DNA from: Eledone cirrhosa
Taxonomy: Eukaryota
Length of the DNA: 64,000 bases
NCBI GenBank assembly: GCA_964016885.1
Contig: OZ024744.1
Coordinates: forward strand, 27,838,001 to 27,902,000
Direction: 5' to 3'
Made by a program: the position numbers and the translations under genes. The notes below the pieces were generated by a model. That model saw only the letters and a program-made list of their open reading frames with translations, was not told where the DNA came from and did no database searches. Position 1 is the first letter of the stretch. The number at the start of each line of letters is the position of its first letter. Below, piece by piece: positions 28,349-42,800 of this stretch.

Positions 28349-31300
28349 GTTGTTGTTGTTCTCGCTGTTATCACTGTTATTGTCACTGTTCTTCTCGCTG
28401 TTATCACTGTTATTGTCATTGTTGTTGCTGTTGTGTTCGCTGTTATAACTGTTATTGTCATTGTTGTTGTTGTTGTTGTTGTTGTTGTCGCTGTTATCAC
28501 TGTTATTGTCACTGTTGTTGTTGTCGCTGGTATAACTGTTATTGTCACTGTTGTTTTTGTTGTTGTCGCTGTTATCACTGTTATTGTCACTGTTGTTGTT
28601 GTCGCTGCTATAACTGTTATTATCACTGTTGTTGTTGTTGTCACTGTTATCACTGTTATTGTCACTGTTGTTGTTGTTCTCGCTGTTATCACTGTTATTG
28701 TCATTGTTGTTGTTGTCGCTGTTATCACTGTTATTGTCACTGTTGCTGTTGTTGTCGCTGTTATCTCTGTTATTGTCATTGTTGTTGTCGCTGTTATAAC
28801 TGTTATTGTCATTGTTGTTGTTGTTGTTGTTGCTGTTATAACTGTTACTGTCACTGTTGTTGTTGTTGTCCCTGTTATCACTGCTATTTTCATTGTTGTT
28901 GTTGTCGCTGTTATCACTGTTATTGTCACTGTTGTTGTTGTCGCTGTTATCACTGTTATTGTCGCTGTTATCACTGTTATTGTCACTGTTGTTATTGTTG
29001 TTGTTGCTGTTATCACTGTTATTGTCACTGTTGTAGTTGTCGCTGTTATAACTGTTATTGTCACTGTTGTTGTTCTTGCTGTCGCTGTTATCACTGTTAT
29101 TGTCATTGTTGTTGTTGTTGTGGCTGTTATCACTGTTATTGTCACTGTTGTTGTCGCTGTTATCACTGTTATTTTCATTGTTGTTGTTGTTGTTCTCTCT
29201 GTTATCACTGTTATTGTCACTGTTATTGTCACTATGTTGTTGTTCTCGCTGTTATAACTGTTATTGTGTCTGTTGTTGTTGTCGCTGTTATAACTGTTAT
29301 TGTCATTGTTGTTGTTGTTGTCGCTGTTATCACTGTTATTAACATTGTTGTTGTTGTTGTTCTCGCTGTTATCACTGTTATTGTCACTTTGTTGTTGTTG
29401 TCGCTGTTATAACTGTTATTGTCACTGTTGTTGTTGTCGCTGTTATCACTGTTATTGTCACTGTTGTTGTTGTCGCTGTTATCACTGTTATTGTCACTGT
29501 TGCTGTTGTTGCTGTCGCTGTTATCACTGTTATTGTCATTGTTGCTCTTGTACTCGCTGTTATCACTGTTATTGTTGTTGTTGTTGTGGCTGTTATCACT
29601 GTTATTGTCACTGTTGTTGTCGCTGTTATCACTGTTATTTTCATTGTTGTTGTTGTTGTTCTCTCTGTTATCACTGTTATTGTCACTGTTATTTTCACTG
29701 TTGTTGTTGTTCTCGCTGTTATAACTGTTATTGTGACTGTTGTTGTTGTCGCTGTTATCACTGTTATTAAACTGTTGTTGTTGTTCTCGCTGTTATCACT
29801 GTTATTGTCACTGTTGTTGTTGTTGTTGTCGCTGTTATAACTGTTATTGTCACTTTTGTTGTTGCTGTTGTCGCTGTCATAACTCTTATTGTCACTGTTG
29901 TTGTTGTCGTTGTTATCACTGTTATTGTCATTGTCGTTGTTGTCGCTTTTATAACTGTTATTGTCATTATTGTTGTTGTTGTTGTCGCTGTTATAACTGT
30001 TATTGTCACTGTTGTTGTTGTTGCTGTCGGTGTTATAACTGTTATTGTCACTGTTGTTATTGTTGTTGTCGCTGTTATAACTGTTATTGTCACTGTTGTT
30101 GTTGTTGTTGTTCTCGCTGTTATCACTGTTATTGTCATTGTTGTTGTTGTCGCTGTTATCACTGTTATTGCCACTGTTGTTGTTGTTCTCGCTGTTATCA
30201 CTGTTATCACTGTTATTGTCATTGTTGTTGTTGTTGTGTTCGCTGTTATAACTGTTATTGTCATTGTTGTTCTTGTTGTTGTCGCTGTTATCACTGTTAT
30301 TGTCACTGTTGTTGTCGCTGGTATAACTGTTATTGTCACTGTTGTTTTTGTTGTTGTCGCTGTTATCACTGTTATTGTCACTGTTGTTGTTGTCGCTGTT
30401 ATAACTGTTATTGTCACTGTTGTTGTTGTTGTCACTGTTATCACTGTTATTGTCACTGTTGTTGTTCTCGCTGTTATCACTGTTATTGTCATTGTTGTTG
30501 TTGTCGCTGTTATCACTGTTATTGTCACTGTTGCTGTTGTTGTCGCTGTTATCTCTGTTATTGTCATTTTTGTTGTCGCTGTTATAACTGTTATTTTCAT
30601 TGTTGTTGTTGTTGTTGCTGTTATAACTGTTACTGTCATTGTTGTTGTTGTTGTTGTCGCTGTAGTCACTGTTATTTTCATTGTTGTTGTTGTTGTCGCT
30701 GTTATCACTGTTATTGTCACTGTTGTTGTTGTTGTCGATTTTATCACTGTTATTGTCACTGTTGTTGTTGTTGTTGTCGCAGTCATAACTGTTCTTTTCA
30801 CTGTTGTTGTTGTTGTTGTTGTTGTTGTTGTCGCTATTATAACTGTTATTGTCATCGTTGATGTCGCTGTTATAACTCTTATTGTCACTGTTGTTGTTGT
30901 TGTCGCTGTTATCACTGTTATTGTCACAGTTGTTGTTGTCGCTGTTGTCATTGTTATTGTCATTGTCGTTGTTGTCGCTTTTATAACTGTTATTGTCATT
31001 GTAGTTGTTGTTGTCGCTGTTATAACTGTTATTGTCGCTGTTGTTGTTGTTGCTGTCGGTGTTATAACTGTTATTAGTTACTGTTGTTGTTGTTCTTCTC
31101 GCTGTTACCACTGTTATTGTCAATGTTGTTGTTGTCGCTGTTATAACTGTTATTGTCACTGTTGTTGTTGTTGTCGCTGTTATAACTCTTATTGTCACCG
31201 TTGTTGTTGTTGTTGTTGTCGTTGTTATCACTGTTATTGTCATTATTGTTATTGTCGCTGTTATCACTGTTATTGTCATTGTTGTTGTTGTTGTTGTTGT

Positions 31301-34300
31301 CGCTGTTATCACTGTTATTGTCACTGTTGTTGTTGTTGTCGCTTCTATAACTGTTATTGTCACTATTGCTGTTGTTGTTGTCGCTGTTATCACTCTTATT
31401 GTCATTTTGTTGTCGCTGTTATCACTGTTATTGTCACTGTTGTTGATCTCGCTGTTATAACTGTTATTCTCACTGTTGTTGTTCTGGCTGTTATCACTGG
31501 TATTGACACTGTTGTTGTTTTTATTGTCGCTGTTAGAACTGTTATTGTCACTGTTGTTATTGTTGTTGTCGCTGTTATAACTGTTATTGTCACTGTTGTT
31601 GTTGTTCTCGCTGTTATCACTGTTATTGTCATTGTTGTTGTTGTCGCTGTTATCACTGTTATTGTCATTGTTGTTGTTGTCGCTGTAATCACTGTTATTG
31701 TCACTGTTGTTGTTGTTTTCGCTGTTATCACTGTTATTGTCACTGTTGTTGTTCTTCTCGCTGTTATCACTGTTATTGTCATTGTTGTTGTTGTTGTGTT
31801 CGCTGTTATAACTGTTATTGTCATTGTTGTTGTTGTTGTTGTCGCTGTTATCACTGTTATTGTCACCGTTGTTGTTGTCGCTGGTATAACTGTTATTGTC
31901 ACTGTTGTTTTTGTTGTTGTCGCTGTTATCACTGTTATTGTCACTGTTGTTGTTGTCGCTGTTATAACTGTTATTGTCACTGTTGTTGTTGTTGTCACTG
32001 TTATCACTGTTATTGTCACTGTTGTTGTTGTTCCCGCTGTTATCACTTATTGACATTGTTGTTGTTGTCGCTGTTATCACTGTTATTGTCACTGTTGCTG
32101 TTGTTGTCGCTGTTATATCTGTTATTGTCATTGTTGTTGTCGCTGTTATAACTGTTATTGTCATTGTTGTTGTTGTTGTTGTTGCTGTTATAACTGTTAC
32201 TGTCATTGTTGTTGTTGTTGTCGCTGGTATCACTGTTATTGTCACTGTTGTTGTTGTTGTTGTTGTTGTCGCTGTTATCACTGTTATTGTCACTGTTGTT
32301 GTTGTCGTCACTGTTATAAATGTTATTGTCACTGTTGTCGTTGTTGTCGCTGTTATCACTGTTATTGTCACTGTTGTTGTTGTTGTCGCTGTCATAACTG
32401 TTCTTTTCACAGTTGTTGTTGTTGTTCTCGCTGTTATCACTGTTATTGTCCCTGTTGTTGTCGCTGTTATCACTGTTATTGTCACTGTTGTTATTGTTGT
32501 TGTTGCTGTTATTACTGTTATTGTCACTGTTGTAGTTGTTGTTGCTGTTATAACTGTTATTGTCACTGTTGTTGTTGTTGCTGTCGCTCTTATCACTGTT
32601 ATTGTCATTGTTGTTGTTGTGGCTGTTATCACTGTTATTGTCACTGTTGTTGTCGCTGTTATCACTGTTATTTTCATTGTTGTTGTTGTTGTTCTCTCTG
32701 TTATCACTGTTATTGTCACTGTTATTGTCACTGTTATTGTCACTGTTGTTGTTGTTCTCGCTGTTATAACTGTTATTGTGACTGTTGTTGTTGTCGCTGT
32801 TATAACTGTTATTGTCATTGTTGTTGTTGGTGTCGCTGTTATCACTGTTATTAACACTGTTTTTGTTGTTGTTCTCGCTGTTACCACTGTTATTTCACTG
32901 TTGTTGTTGTTGTCGCTGTTATCACTGTTATTGTCACTGTTTTTGTTGTTGTCGCTATTATCACTGTTATTGTCACTGTTGTTTTTGTTGTTGTCGCTGT
33001 TATCACTGTTATTTTCATTGTTTTTGTTGTCGTTCTCGCATTTATCACTGTTATTGTCAGTGTTGTTGTTGTTGTTCTCGCTGTTATCACTGTTGTCGTC
33101 ACTGTTGTTGTTGTTCTCTCTGTTATCACGGTTATTGTCACTGTTGTTGTTCTTCTCGCTGTTATCAATGTTATTGTCATTGTTGTTGTTGTTGTGTTCG
33201 CTGTTATAACTGTTATTGTAACTGTTGTTTTTGTTGTTGTCGCTATTATCACTGTTATTGTCACTGCTGTTGTTCTGGCTGTTATCACTGGTATTGACAC
33301 TGTTGTTGTTTTTATTGTCGCTGTTAGAACTGTTATTGTCACTGTTGTTATTGTTGTTGTCGCTGTTATAACTGTTATTGTCACTGTTGTTGTTGATGTT
33401 CTCGCTGTTATCACTGTTATTGTCATTGTTGTTGTTGTCGCTGTTATCACTGTTATTGTCATTGTTGTTGTTGTCGCTGTTATCACTGTTATTGTCACTG
33501 TTGTTGTTGTTCTCGCTGTTATCACTGTTATTGTCACTGTTCTTCTCGCTGTTATCACTGTTATTGTCATTGTTGTTGCTGTTGTATTCGCTGTTATAAC
33601 TGTTATTGTCATTGTTGTTGTTGTTGTCGCTGTTATCACTGTTATTGTCACTGTTGTTGTTGTCGCTGGTATAACTGTTATTGTCACTGTTGTTTTTGTT
33701 GTTGTCGCTGTTATCCCTGTTATTGTCACTGTTGTTTTTGTCGCTGCTATAACTGTTATTATCACTGTTGTTGTTGTTGTCACTGTTATCACTGTTATTG
33801 TCACTGTTGTTGTTGTTCTCGCTGTTATCACTGTTATTGTCATTGTTGTTGTTGTCGCTGTTATCACTGTTATTGTCACTGTTGCTGTTGTTGTCGCTGT
33901 TATCTCTGTTATTGTCATTGTTGTTGTCGCTGTTATAACTGTTATTGTCATTGTTGTTGTTGTTGTTGTTGTTGCTGTTATAACTGTTACCGTGACTGTT
34001 GTTGTTGTTGTCGCTGTTATCACTGTTATTTTCATTGTTGTTGTTGTCGCTGTTATCACTGTTATTGTCACTGTTGTTGTTGTCGCTCTTATCACTGTTA
34101 TTGTCGCTGTTATCACTGTTATTGTCACTGTTGTTATTGTTGTTGTTGCTGTTATCACTGTTATTGTCACTGTTGTAGTTGTCGCTGTTATAACTGTTAT
34201 TGTCACTGTTGTTGTTCTTGCTGTCGCTGTTATCACTGTTATTGTCATTGTTGTTGTTGTTGTGGCTGTTATCACTGTTATTGTCACTGTTGTTGTCGCT

Positions 34301-35369
34301 GTTATCACTGTTATTTTCATTGTTGTTGTTGTTGTTCTCTCTGTTATCACTGTTATTGTCACTGTTATTGTCACTGTTATTGTCACTGTTGTTGTTGTTC
34401 TCGCTGTTATAACTGTTATTGTGTCTGTTGTTGTTGTCGCTGTTATAACTGTTATTGTCATTGTTGTTGTTGTTGTCACTGTTATCACTGTTATTAACAT
34501 TGTTGTTGTTGTTCTCGCTTTTATCACTGTTATTGTCACTGTTGTTGTTGTTGTCGCTGTTATAACTGTTATTGTCACTGTTGTTGTTGTCGCTGTTATC
34601 ACTGTTATTGTCACTGTTGTTGTTGTCGCTGTTATCACTGTTATTGTCACTGTTGCTGTTGTTGCTGTCGCTGTTATCACTGTTATTGTCATTGTTGCTC
34701 TTGTACTCGCTGTTATTACTGTTATTGTTGTTGTTGTTGTGGCTGTTATCACTGTTATTGTCACTGTTGTTGTCGCTGTTATCACTGTTATTTTCATTGT
34801 TGTTGTTGTTGTTCTCAGTGTTATCACTGTTATTGTCACTGTTATTTTCATTATTGTTGTTCTCGCTGTTATCACTGGTATTGACACTGTTGTTGTTGTT
34901 GTTGTCGCTGTTATAACTGTTATTGTCTCTGTTGATGTTGTTGTTGTCGCTGTTATAACTGTTATTGTCACTGTTGTTGTTGTCGCTGTTATAACTCTTA
35001 TTGTCACTGTTGTTGTTGTTGTCGTCGTTGTTATCACTGTTATTGTAATTATTGTTGTTGTCGCTGTTATCACTGTTATTGTCATTGTTGTTGTTGTTGT
35101 CGCTGTTATCACTGTTATTGTCCCTGTTGTTGTTGTCGCTGTTATAACTGTTATTGGCACTATTGCTTTTGTTGTTGTCGCTCTTATCACTCTTATTGTC
35201 ATTGTTGTTGTTGTTCTCGCTGTTATCCCTGTTATTTTCATTGTTGTTGTTGTTGTACTCGCTGTTATCACTGTTATTGTCATTGTTGTTGTTGTTGTCG
35301 CTGTTATCACTGTTATTGTCACTGATTTTGTTGTTGTCGCTATTATCACTGTTATTGTCACTGTTGTTT

Positions 35370-36810
35370 TTGTTGTTGTCGCTGTCATCACTGTTATTTT
35401 CATTGTTTTTGTTGTTGTTCTCGCATTTATCACTGTTATTGTCAGTGTTGTTGTTCTTGTTCTCGCTGTTATCACTGTCGTCGTCACTGTTGTTGTTGTC
35501 GCTGTTATAACTGTTATTGTGACTGTTGTTGTTGTTGTTGTCGCTGTTATAACTGTTATTGTCATTGTTGTTGTTGTCGCTGTTATCACTCTTATTGACA
35601 CTGTTGTTGCTGTTGTTCTCGCTGTTATCACTGTTATTGTCACTGTTGTTGTTGTTCTCGCTGTTACCACTGCTATTGTCAATGTTGTTGTTGTTGTAGC
35701 TGTTATAACTGTTATTGTCACTGTTGTTGTTGTTGTCGCTGTTATAACTCTTATTGTCACTGTTGTTGTTGTTCTCGCTGTTATCACTGTTATTGTCATT
35801 GTTGTTGTTGTCGCTGTTATCACTGTTATTGTCATTGTTGTTGTTGTCGCTGTTATTACTGTTATTGTCACTGTTGTTGTTGTTCACGCTGTTATCACTG
35901 TTATTGTCACTGTTGTTGTTCTTCTCGCTGTTATCACTGTTATTGTCACTGTTGTTGTCGCTGTTATCACTGTTATTGTCACTGTTGTTATTGTTGTTGT
36001 TGCTGTTATCACTGTTATTGTCATTGTTGTTGTTGTCGCTGTTATCACTGTTATTGTCACTGTTGTTGTCGCTGTTATCACTGTTATTGTCACTGTTGTT
36101 ATTGTTGTTGTTGCTGTTATCACTGTTATTGTCATTGTTGTTGTTGTCGCTGTCATCACTGTTATTTTCATTGTTTTTGTTGTTGTTCTCGCATTTATCA
36201 CTGTTATTGTCAGTGTTGTTGTTCTTGTTCTCGCTGTTATCACTGTCGTCGTCACTGTTGTTGTTGTTGTCGCTGTTATAACTGTTATTGTGACTGTTGT
36301 TGTTGTTGTCGCTGTTATAACTGTTATTGTCATTGTTGTTGTTGTCGCTGTTATCACTCTTATTGACACTGTTGTTGCTGTTGTTCTCGCTGTTATCACT
36401 GTTATTGTCACTGTTGTTGTTGTTCTCGCTGTTACCACTGCTATTGTCAATGTTGTTGTTGTTGTCGCTGTTATAACTGTTATTGTCACTGTTGTTGTTG
36501 TTGTCGCTGTTATAACTCTTATTGTCACTGTTGTTGTTGTTCTCGCTGTTATCACTGTTATTGTCATTGTTGTTGTTGTCGCTGTTATCACTGTTATTGT
36601 CATTGTTGTTGTTGTCGCTGTTATTACTGTTATTGTCACTGTTGTTGTTGTTCACGCTGTTATCACTGTTATTGTCACTGTTGTTGTTCTTCTCGCTGTT
36701 ATCACTGTTATTGTTACTGTTGTTGTCGCTGTTATCACTGTTATTGTCACTGTTGTTATTGTTGTTGTTGCTGTTATCACTGTTATTGTCATTGTTGTTG
36801 TTGTCGCTGT
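35370..36810 (+). repeat. About 770-bp nested duplication within the HOR (also at about 42680-44130)
   Basis: gctgtcatcact occurs at 35381/36149 (768) and 42692/43463 (771). It is single-copy at 50762 and about 62070. Confidence 0.8.
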
Positions 36811-39800
36811 TATCACTGCTATTGTCATTGTTGTTGTTGTTGTCGCTCTTATCACTGTGATTGTCATTGTTGTTGTTGTTGTTGTTCTCGCTGTTATCAC
36901 CGTTATTGTCATTGTTGTTGTAGTGGCTGTTATCACTGTTATTGTCACTGTTGTTGTCGCTGTTATCACTGTTATTTTCATTGTTGTTGTTGTTGTTCTC
37001 TCTGTTATCATTGTTATTGTCACTGTTATTGTCACTGTTGTTGTTGTTCTCGCTGTTATAACTGTTATTGTGACTGTTGTTGTTGTCGCTGTTATAACTG
37101 TTATTGTCATTGTTGTTGTTGTTGTCGCTGTTATCACTGTTATTAACACTGTTGTTGTTGTTGTTCTCGCTGTTATCACTGTTATTGTCACTGTTGTTGT
37201 TGTTGTCGCTGTTATAACTGTTATTGTCACTGTTGTTGTTGTCGTTGTTATCACTGTTATTGTCATTAATGTTGTTCGCGCTGTTATCACTGGTATTGAC
37301 ACTGTTGTTGTTGTTGTCAATGTTATAACTGTTATTGTCTCTGTTGATGTTGTTGTTGTCGCTGTTATAACTGTTATTGTCACTGTTGTTGTTGTCGCTA
37401 TTATAACTCTTATTGTCACTGTTGTTGTTGTTGTCGTTGTTATCACTGTTATTGTCATTATTGTTGTTGTCGCTGTTATTACTGTTATTGTCATTGTTGT
37501 TGTTGTTGTCGCTGTTATCACTGTTATTGTCGCTGTTGTTGTTGTCGCTGTTATAACTGTTATTGTCACTATTGCTTTTGTTGTCGCTCTTATCACTCTT
37601 ATTGTCATTGTTGTTGTTGTTCTCGCTGCTATCCCTGTTATTGTCATTGTTGTTGTTGTTGTACTCGCTGTTATCACTGTTATTGTCATTGTTGTTGTTG
37701 TTGTCGCTGTTATCACTGTTATTGTCACTGTTTTTGTTGTTGTCGCTATTATCACTGTTATTTTCATTGTTTTTGTTGTTGTTCTCGCATTTATCACTGT
37801 TATTGTCAGTGTTGTTGTTGTTGTTCTCGCTGTTATCACTGTTGTCGTCACTGTTGTTGTTGTTCTCGCTGTTATCACTGTTATTGTCACTGTTGTTGTT
37901 CTTCTCGCTGTTATCACTGTTATTGTCATTGTTGTTGTTGTTGTGTTCGCTGTTATAACTGTTATTGTCATTGTTGTTGTTGTTGTTGTCGCTGTTATCA
38001 CTGTTATTGTCACTGTTGTTGTTGTCGCTGGTATAACTGTTATTGTCACTGTTGTTTTTGTTGTTGTCGCTGTTATCACTGTTATTGTCACTGTTGTTGT
38101 TCTCGCTGTTATAACTGTTATTCTCACTGTTGTTTTTCTGGCTGTTATCACTGGTATTGACACTGTTGTTGTTTTTATTGTCGCTGTTAGAACTGTTATT
38201 GTCACTGTTGTTATTGTTGTTGTCGCTGTTATAACTGTTATTGTCACTGTTGTTGTTGTTCTCGCTGTTATCACTGTTATTGTCATTGTTGTTGTTGTCG
38301 CTGTTATCACTGTTATTGTCATTGTTGTTGTTGTCGCTGTTATCACTCTTATTGTCACTGTTGTTGTTGTTCTCGCTGTTATCACTGTTATTGTCACTGT
38401 TGTTCTTCTCGCTGTTATCACTGTTATTGTCATTGTTGTTGTTGTTGTTGTTGTCGCTGTTATCACTGTTATTGTCACTGTTGTTGTTGTCGCTGCTATA
38501 ACTGTTATTGTCACTGTTGTTTTTGTTGTTGTCGCTGTTATCACTGTTATTGTCACTGTTGTTGTTGTCGCTGTTATAACTGTTATTGTCACTGTTGTTG
38601 TTGTTGTCACTGTTATCACTGTTATTGTCATTGTTGTTGTTGTCGCTGTTATCACTGTTATTGTCACTGTTGCTGTTGTTGTCGCTGTTATCTCTGTTAT
38701 TGTCATTGTTGTTGTCGCTGTTATAACTGTTATTGTCATTGTTGTTGTTGTTGTTGTTGCTGTTATAACTGTTACTGTCACTGTTGTTGTTGTTGTCGCT
38801 GTTATCACTGTTATTTTCATTGTTGTTGTCGCTGTTATCACTGTTATTGTCACTGTTGTTGTTGTTGTTGTCGCTGTTATCACTGTTATTGTCACTGTTG
38901 TTGTTGTCACTGTTATAAATGTTATTATCACTGTTGTCGTTGTTGTCACTGTTGTTGTTGTCGCTGTCATAACTGTTCTTTTCACTGTTGTTGTTGTTGT
39001 TCTCGCTGTTATCACTGTTATTGTCACTGTTGTTATTGTTGTTGTTGCTGTTATCACTGTTATTGTCACTGTTGTAGTTGTTGTCGCTGTTATCACTGTT
39101 ATTGTCATTGTTGTTGTTGTCGCTGTAATCACTGTTATTGTCACTGTTGTTGTTGTTCTCGCTGTTATCACTGTTATTGTCACTGTTGTTGTTCTTCTCG
39201 CTGTTATCACTGTTATTGTCATTGTTGTTGTTGTTGTGTTCGCTGTTATAACTGTTATTGTCATTGTTGTTGTTGTTGTTGTCGCTGTTATCACTGTTAT
39301 TGTCACCGTTGTTGTTGTCGCTGGTATAACTGTTATTGTCACTGTTGTTTTTGTTGTTGTCGCTGTTATCACTGTTATTGTCACTGTTGTTGTTGTCGCT
39401 GTTATAACTGTTATTGTCACTGTTGTTGTTGTTGTCACTGTTATCACTGTTATTGTCACTGTTGTTGTTGTTCCCGCTGTTATCACTTATTGTCATTGTT
39501 GTTGTTGTCGCTGTTATCACTGTTATTGTCACTGTTGCTGTTGTTGTCGCTGTTATATCTGTTATTGTCATTGTTGTTGTCGCTGTTATAACTGTTATTG
39601 TCATTGTTGTTGTTGTCGTCACTGTTATAAATGTTATTGTCACTGTTGTCGTTGTTGTCGCTGTTATCACTGTTATTGTCACTGTTGTTGTTGTTGTCGC
39701 TGTCATAACTGTTCTTTTCACAGTTGTTGTTGTTGTTCTCGCTGTTATCACTGTTATTGTCCCTGTTGTTGTCGCTGTTATCACTGTTATTGTCACTGTT

Positions 39801-42800
39801 GTTATTGTTGTTGTTGCTGTTATTACTGTTATTGTCACTGTTGTAGTTGTTGTTGCTGTTATAACTGTTATTGTCACTGTTGTTGTTGTTGCTGTCGCTC
39901 TTATCACTGTTATTGTCATTGTTGTTGTTGTGGCTGTTATCACTGTTATTGTCACTGTTGTTGTCGCTGTTATCACTGTTATTTTCATTGTTGTTGTTGT
40001 TGTTCTCTCTGTTATCACTGTTATTGTCACTGTTATTGTCACTGTTATTGTCACTGTTGTTGTTGTTCTCGCTGTTATAACTGTTATTGTGACTGTTGTT
40101 GTTGTCGCTGTTATAACTGTTATTGTCATTGTTGTTGTTGGTGTCGCTGTTATCACTGTTATTAACACTGTTTTTGTTGTTGTTCTCGCTGTTACCACTG
40201 TTATTTCACTGTTGTTGTTGTTGTCGCTGTTATCACTGTTATTGTCACTGTTTTTGTTGTTGTCGCTATTATCACTGTTATTGTCACTGTTGTTTTTGTT
40301 GTTGTCGCTGTTATCACTGTTATTTTCATTGTTTTTGTTGTCGTTCTCGCATTTATCACTGTTATTGTCAGTGTTGTTGTTGTTGTTCTCGCTGTTATCA
40401 CTGTTGTCGTCACTGTTGTTGTTGTTCTCTCTGTTATCACGGTTATTGTCACTGTTGTTGTTCTTCTCGCTGTTATCAATGTTATTGTCATTGTTGTTGT
40501 TGTTGTGTTCGCTGTTATAACTGTTATTGTAACTGTTGTTTTTGTTGTTGTCGCTATTATCACTGTTATTGTCACTGCTGTTGTTCTGGCTGTTATCACT
40601 GGTATTGACACTGTTGTTGTTTTTATTGTCGCTGTTAGAACTGTTATTGTCACTGTTGTTATTGTTGTTGTCGCTGTTATAACTGTTATTGTCACTGTTG
40701 TTGTTGATGTTCTCGCTGTTATCACTGTTATTGTCATTGTTGTTGTTGTCGCTGTTATCACTGTTATTGTCATTGTTGTTGTTGTCGCTGTTATCACTGT
40801 TATTGTCACTGTTGTTGTTGTTCTCGCTGTTATCACTGTTATTGTCACTGTTCTTCTCGCTGTTATCACTGTTATTGTCATTGTTGTTGCTGTTGTATTC
40901 GCTGTTATAACTGTTATTGTCATTGTTGTTGTTGTGGTCGCTGTTATCACTGTTATTGTCACTGTTGTTGTTGTCGCTGGTATAACTGTTATTGTCACTG
41001 TTGTTTTTGTTGTTGTCGCTGTTATCACTGTTATTGTCACTGTTGTTTTTGTCGCTGCTATAACTGTTATTATCACTGTTGTTGTTGTTGTCACTGTTAT
41101 CACTGTTATTGTCACTGTTGTTGTTGTTCTCGCTGTTATCACTGTTATTGTCATTGTTGTTGTTGTCGCTGTTATCACTGTTATTGTCACTGTTGCTGTT
41201 GTTGTCGCTGTTATCTCTGTTATTGTCATTGTTGTTGTCGCTGTTATAACTGTTATTGTCATTGTTGTTGTTGTTGTTGTTGTTGCTGTTATAACTGTTA
41301 CCGTGACTGTTGTTGTTGTTGTCGCTGTTATCACTGTTATTTTCATTGTTGTTGTTGTCGCTGTTATCACTGTTATTGTCACTGTTGTTGTTGTCGCTCT
41401 TATCACTGTTATTGTCGCTGTTATCACTGTTATTGTCACTGTTGTTATTGTTGTTGTTGCTGTTATCACTGTTATTGTCACTGTTGTAGTTGTCGCTGTT
41501 ATAACTGTTATTGTCACTGTTGTTGTTCTTGCTGTCGCTGTTATCACTGTTATTGTCATTGTTGTTGTTGTTGTGGCTGTTATCACTGTTATTGTCACTG
41601 TTGTTGTCGCTGTTATCACTGTTATTTTCATTGTTGTTGTTGTTGTTCTCTCTGTTATCACTGTTATTGTCACTGTTATTGTCACTGTTATTGTCACTGT
41701 TGTTGTTGTTCTCGCTGTTATAACTGTTATTGTGTCTGTTGTTGTTGTCGCTGTTATAACTGTTATTGTCATTGTTGTTGTTGTTGTCACTGTTATCACT
41801 GTTATTAACATTGTTGTTGTTGTTCTCGCTTTTATCACTGTTATTGTCACTGTTGTTGTTGTTGTCGCTGTTATAACTGTTATTGTCACTGTTGTTGTTG
41901 TCGCTGTTATCACTGTTATTGTCACTGTTGTTGTTGTCGCTGTTATCACTGTTATTGTCACTGTTGCTGTTGTTGCTGTCGCTGTTATCACTGTTATTGT
42001 CATTGTTGCTCTTGTACTCGCTGTTATTACTGTTATTGTTGTTGTTGTTGTGGCTGTTATCACTGTTATTGTCACTGTTGTTGTCGCTGTTATCACTGTT
42101 ATTTTCATTGTTGTTGTTGTTGTTCTCAGTGTTATCACTGTTATTGTCACTGTTATTTTCATTATTGTTGTTCTCGCTGTTATCACTGGTATTGACACTG
42201 TTGTTGTTGTTGTTGTCGCTGTTATAACTGTTATTGTCTCTGTTGATGTTGTTGTTGTCGCTGTTATAACTGTTATTGTCACTGTTGTTGTTGTCGCTGT
42301 TATAACTCTTATTGTCACTGTTGTTGTTGTTGTCGTCGTTGTTATCACTGTTATTGTAATTATTGTTGTTGTCGCTGTTATCACTGTTATTGTCATTGTT
42401 GTTGTTGTTGTCGCTGTTATCACTGTTATTGTCCCTGTTGTTGTTGTCGCTGTTATAACTGTTATTGGCACTATTGCTTTTGTTGTTGTCGCTCTTATCA
42501 CTCTTATTGTCATTGTTGTTGTTGTTCTCGCTGTTATCCCTGTTATTTTCATTGTTGTTGTTGTTGTACTCGCTGTTATCACTGTTATTGTCATTGTTTT
42601 TGTTGTTGTCGCTGTTATCACTGTTATTGTCACTGATTTTGTTGTTGTCGCTATTATCACTGTTATTGTCACTGTTGTTTTTGTTGTTGTCGCTGTCATC
42701 ACTGTTATTTTCATTGTTTTTGTTGTTGTTCTCGCATTTATCACTGTTATTGTCAGTGTTGTTGTTCTTGTTCTCGCTGTTATCACTGTCGTCGTCACTG

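Noticed and set aside
29740-30861. Cys/His/Tyr-rich 'metallothionein- or keratin-associated-like' ORFs (CYHCYCHCCCCR)
   Set aside because: This is simply the TGT reading of (GTT)n and has no independent coding evidence.
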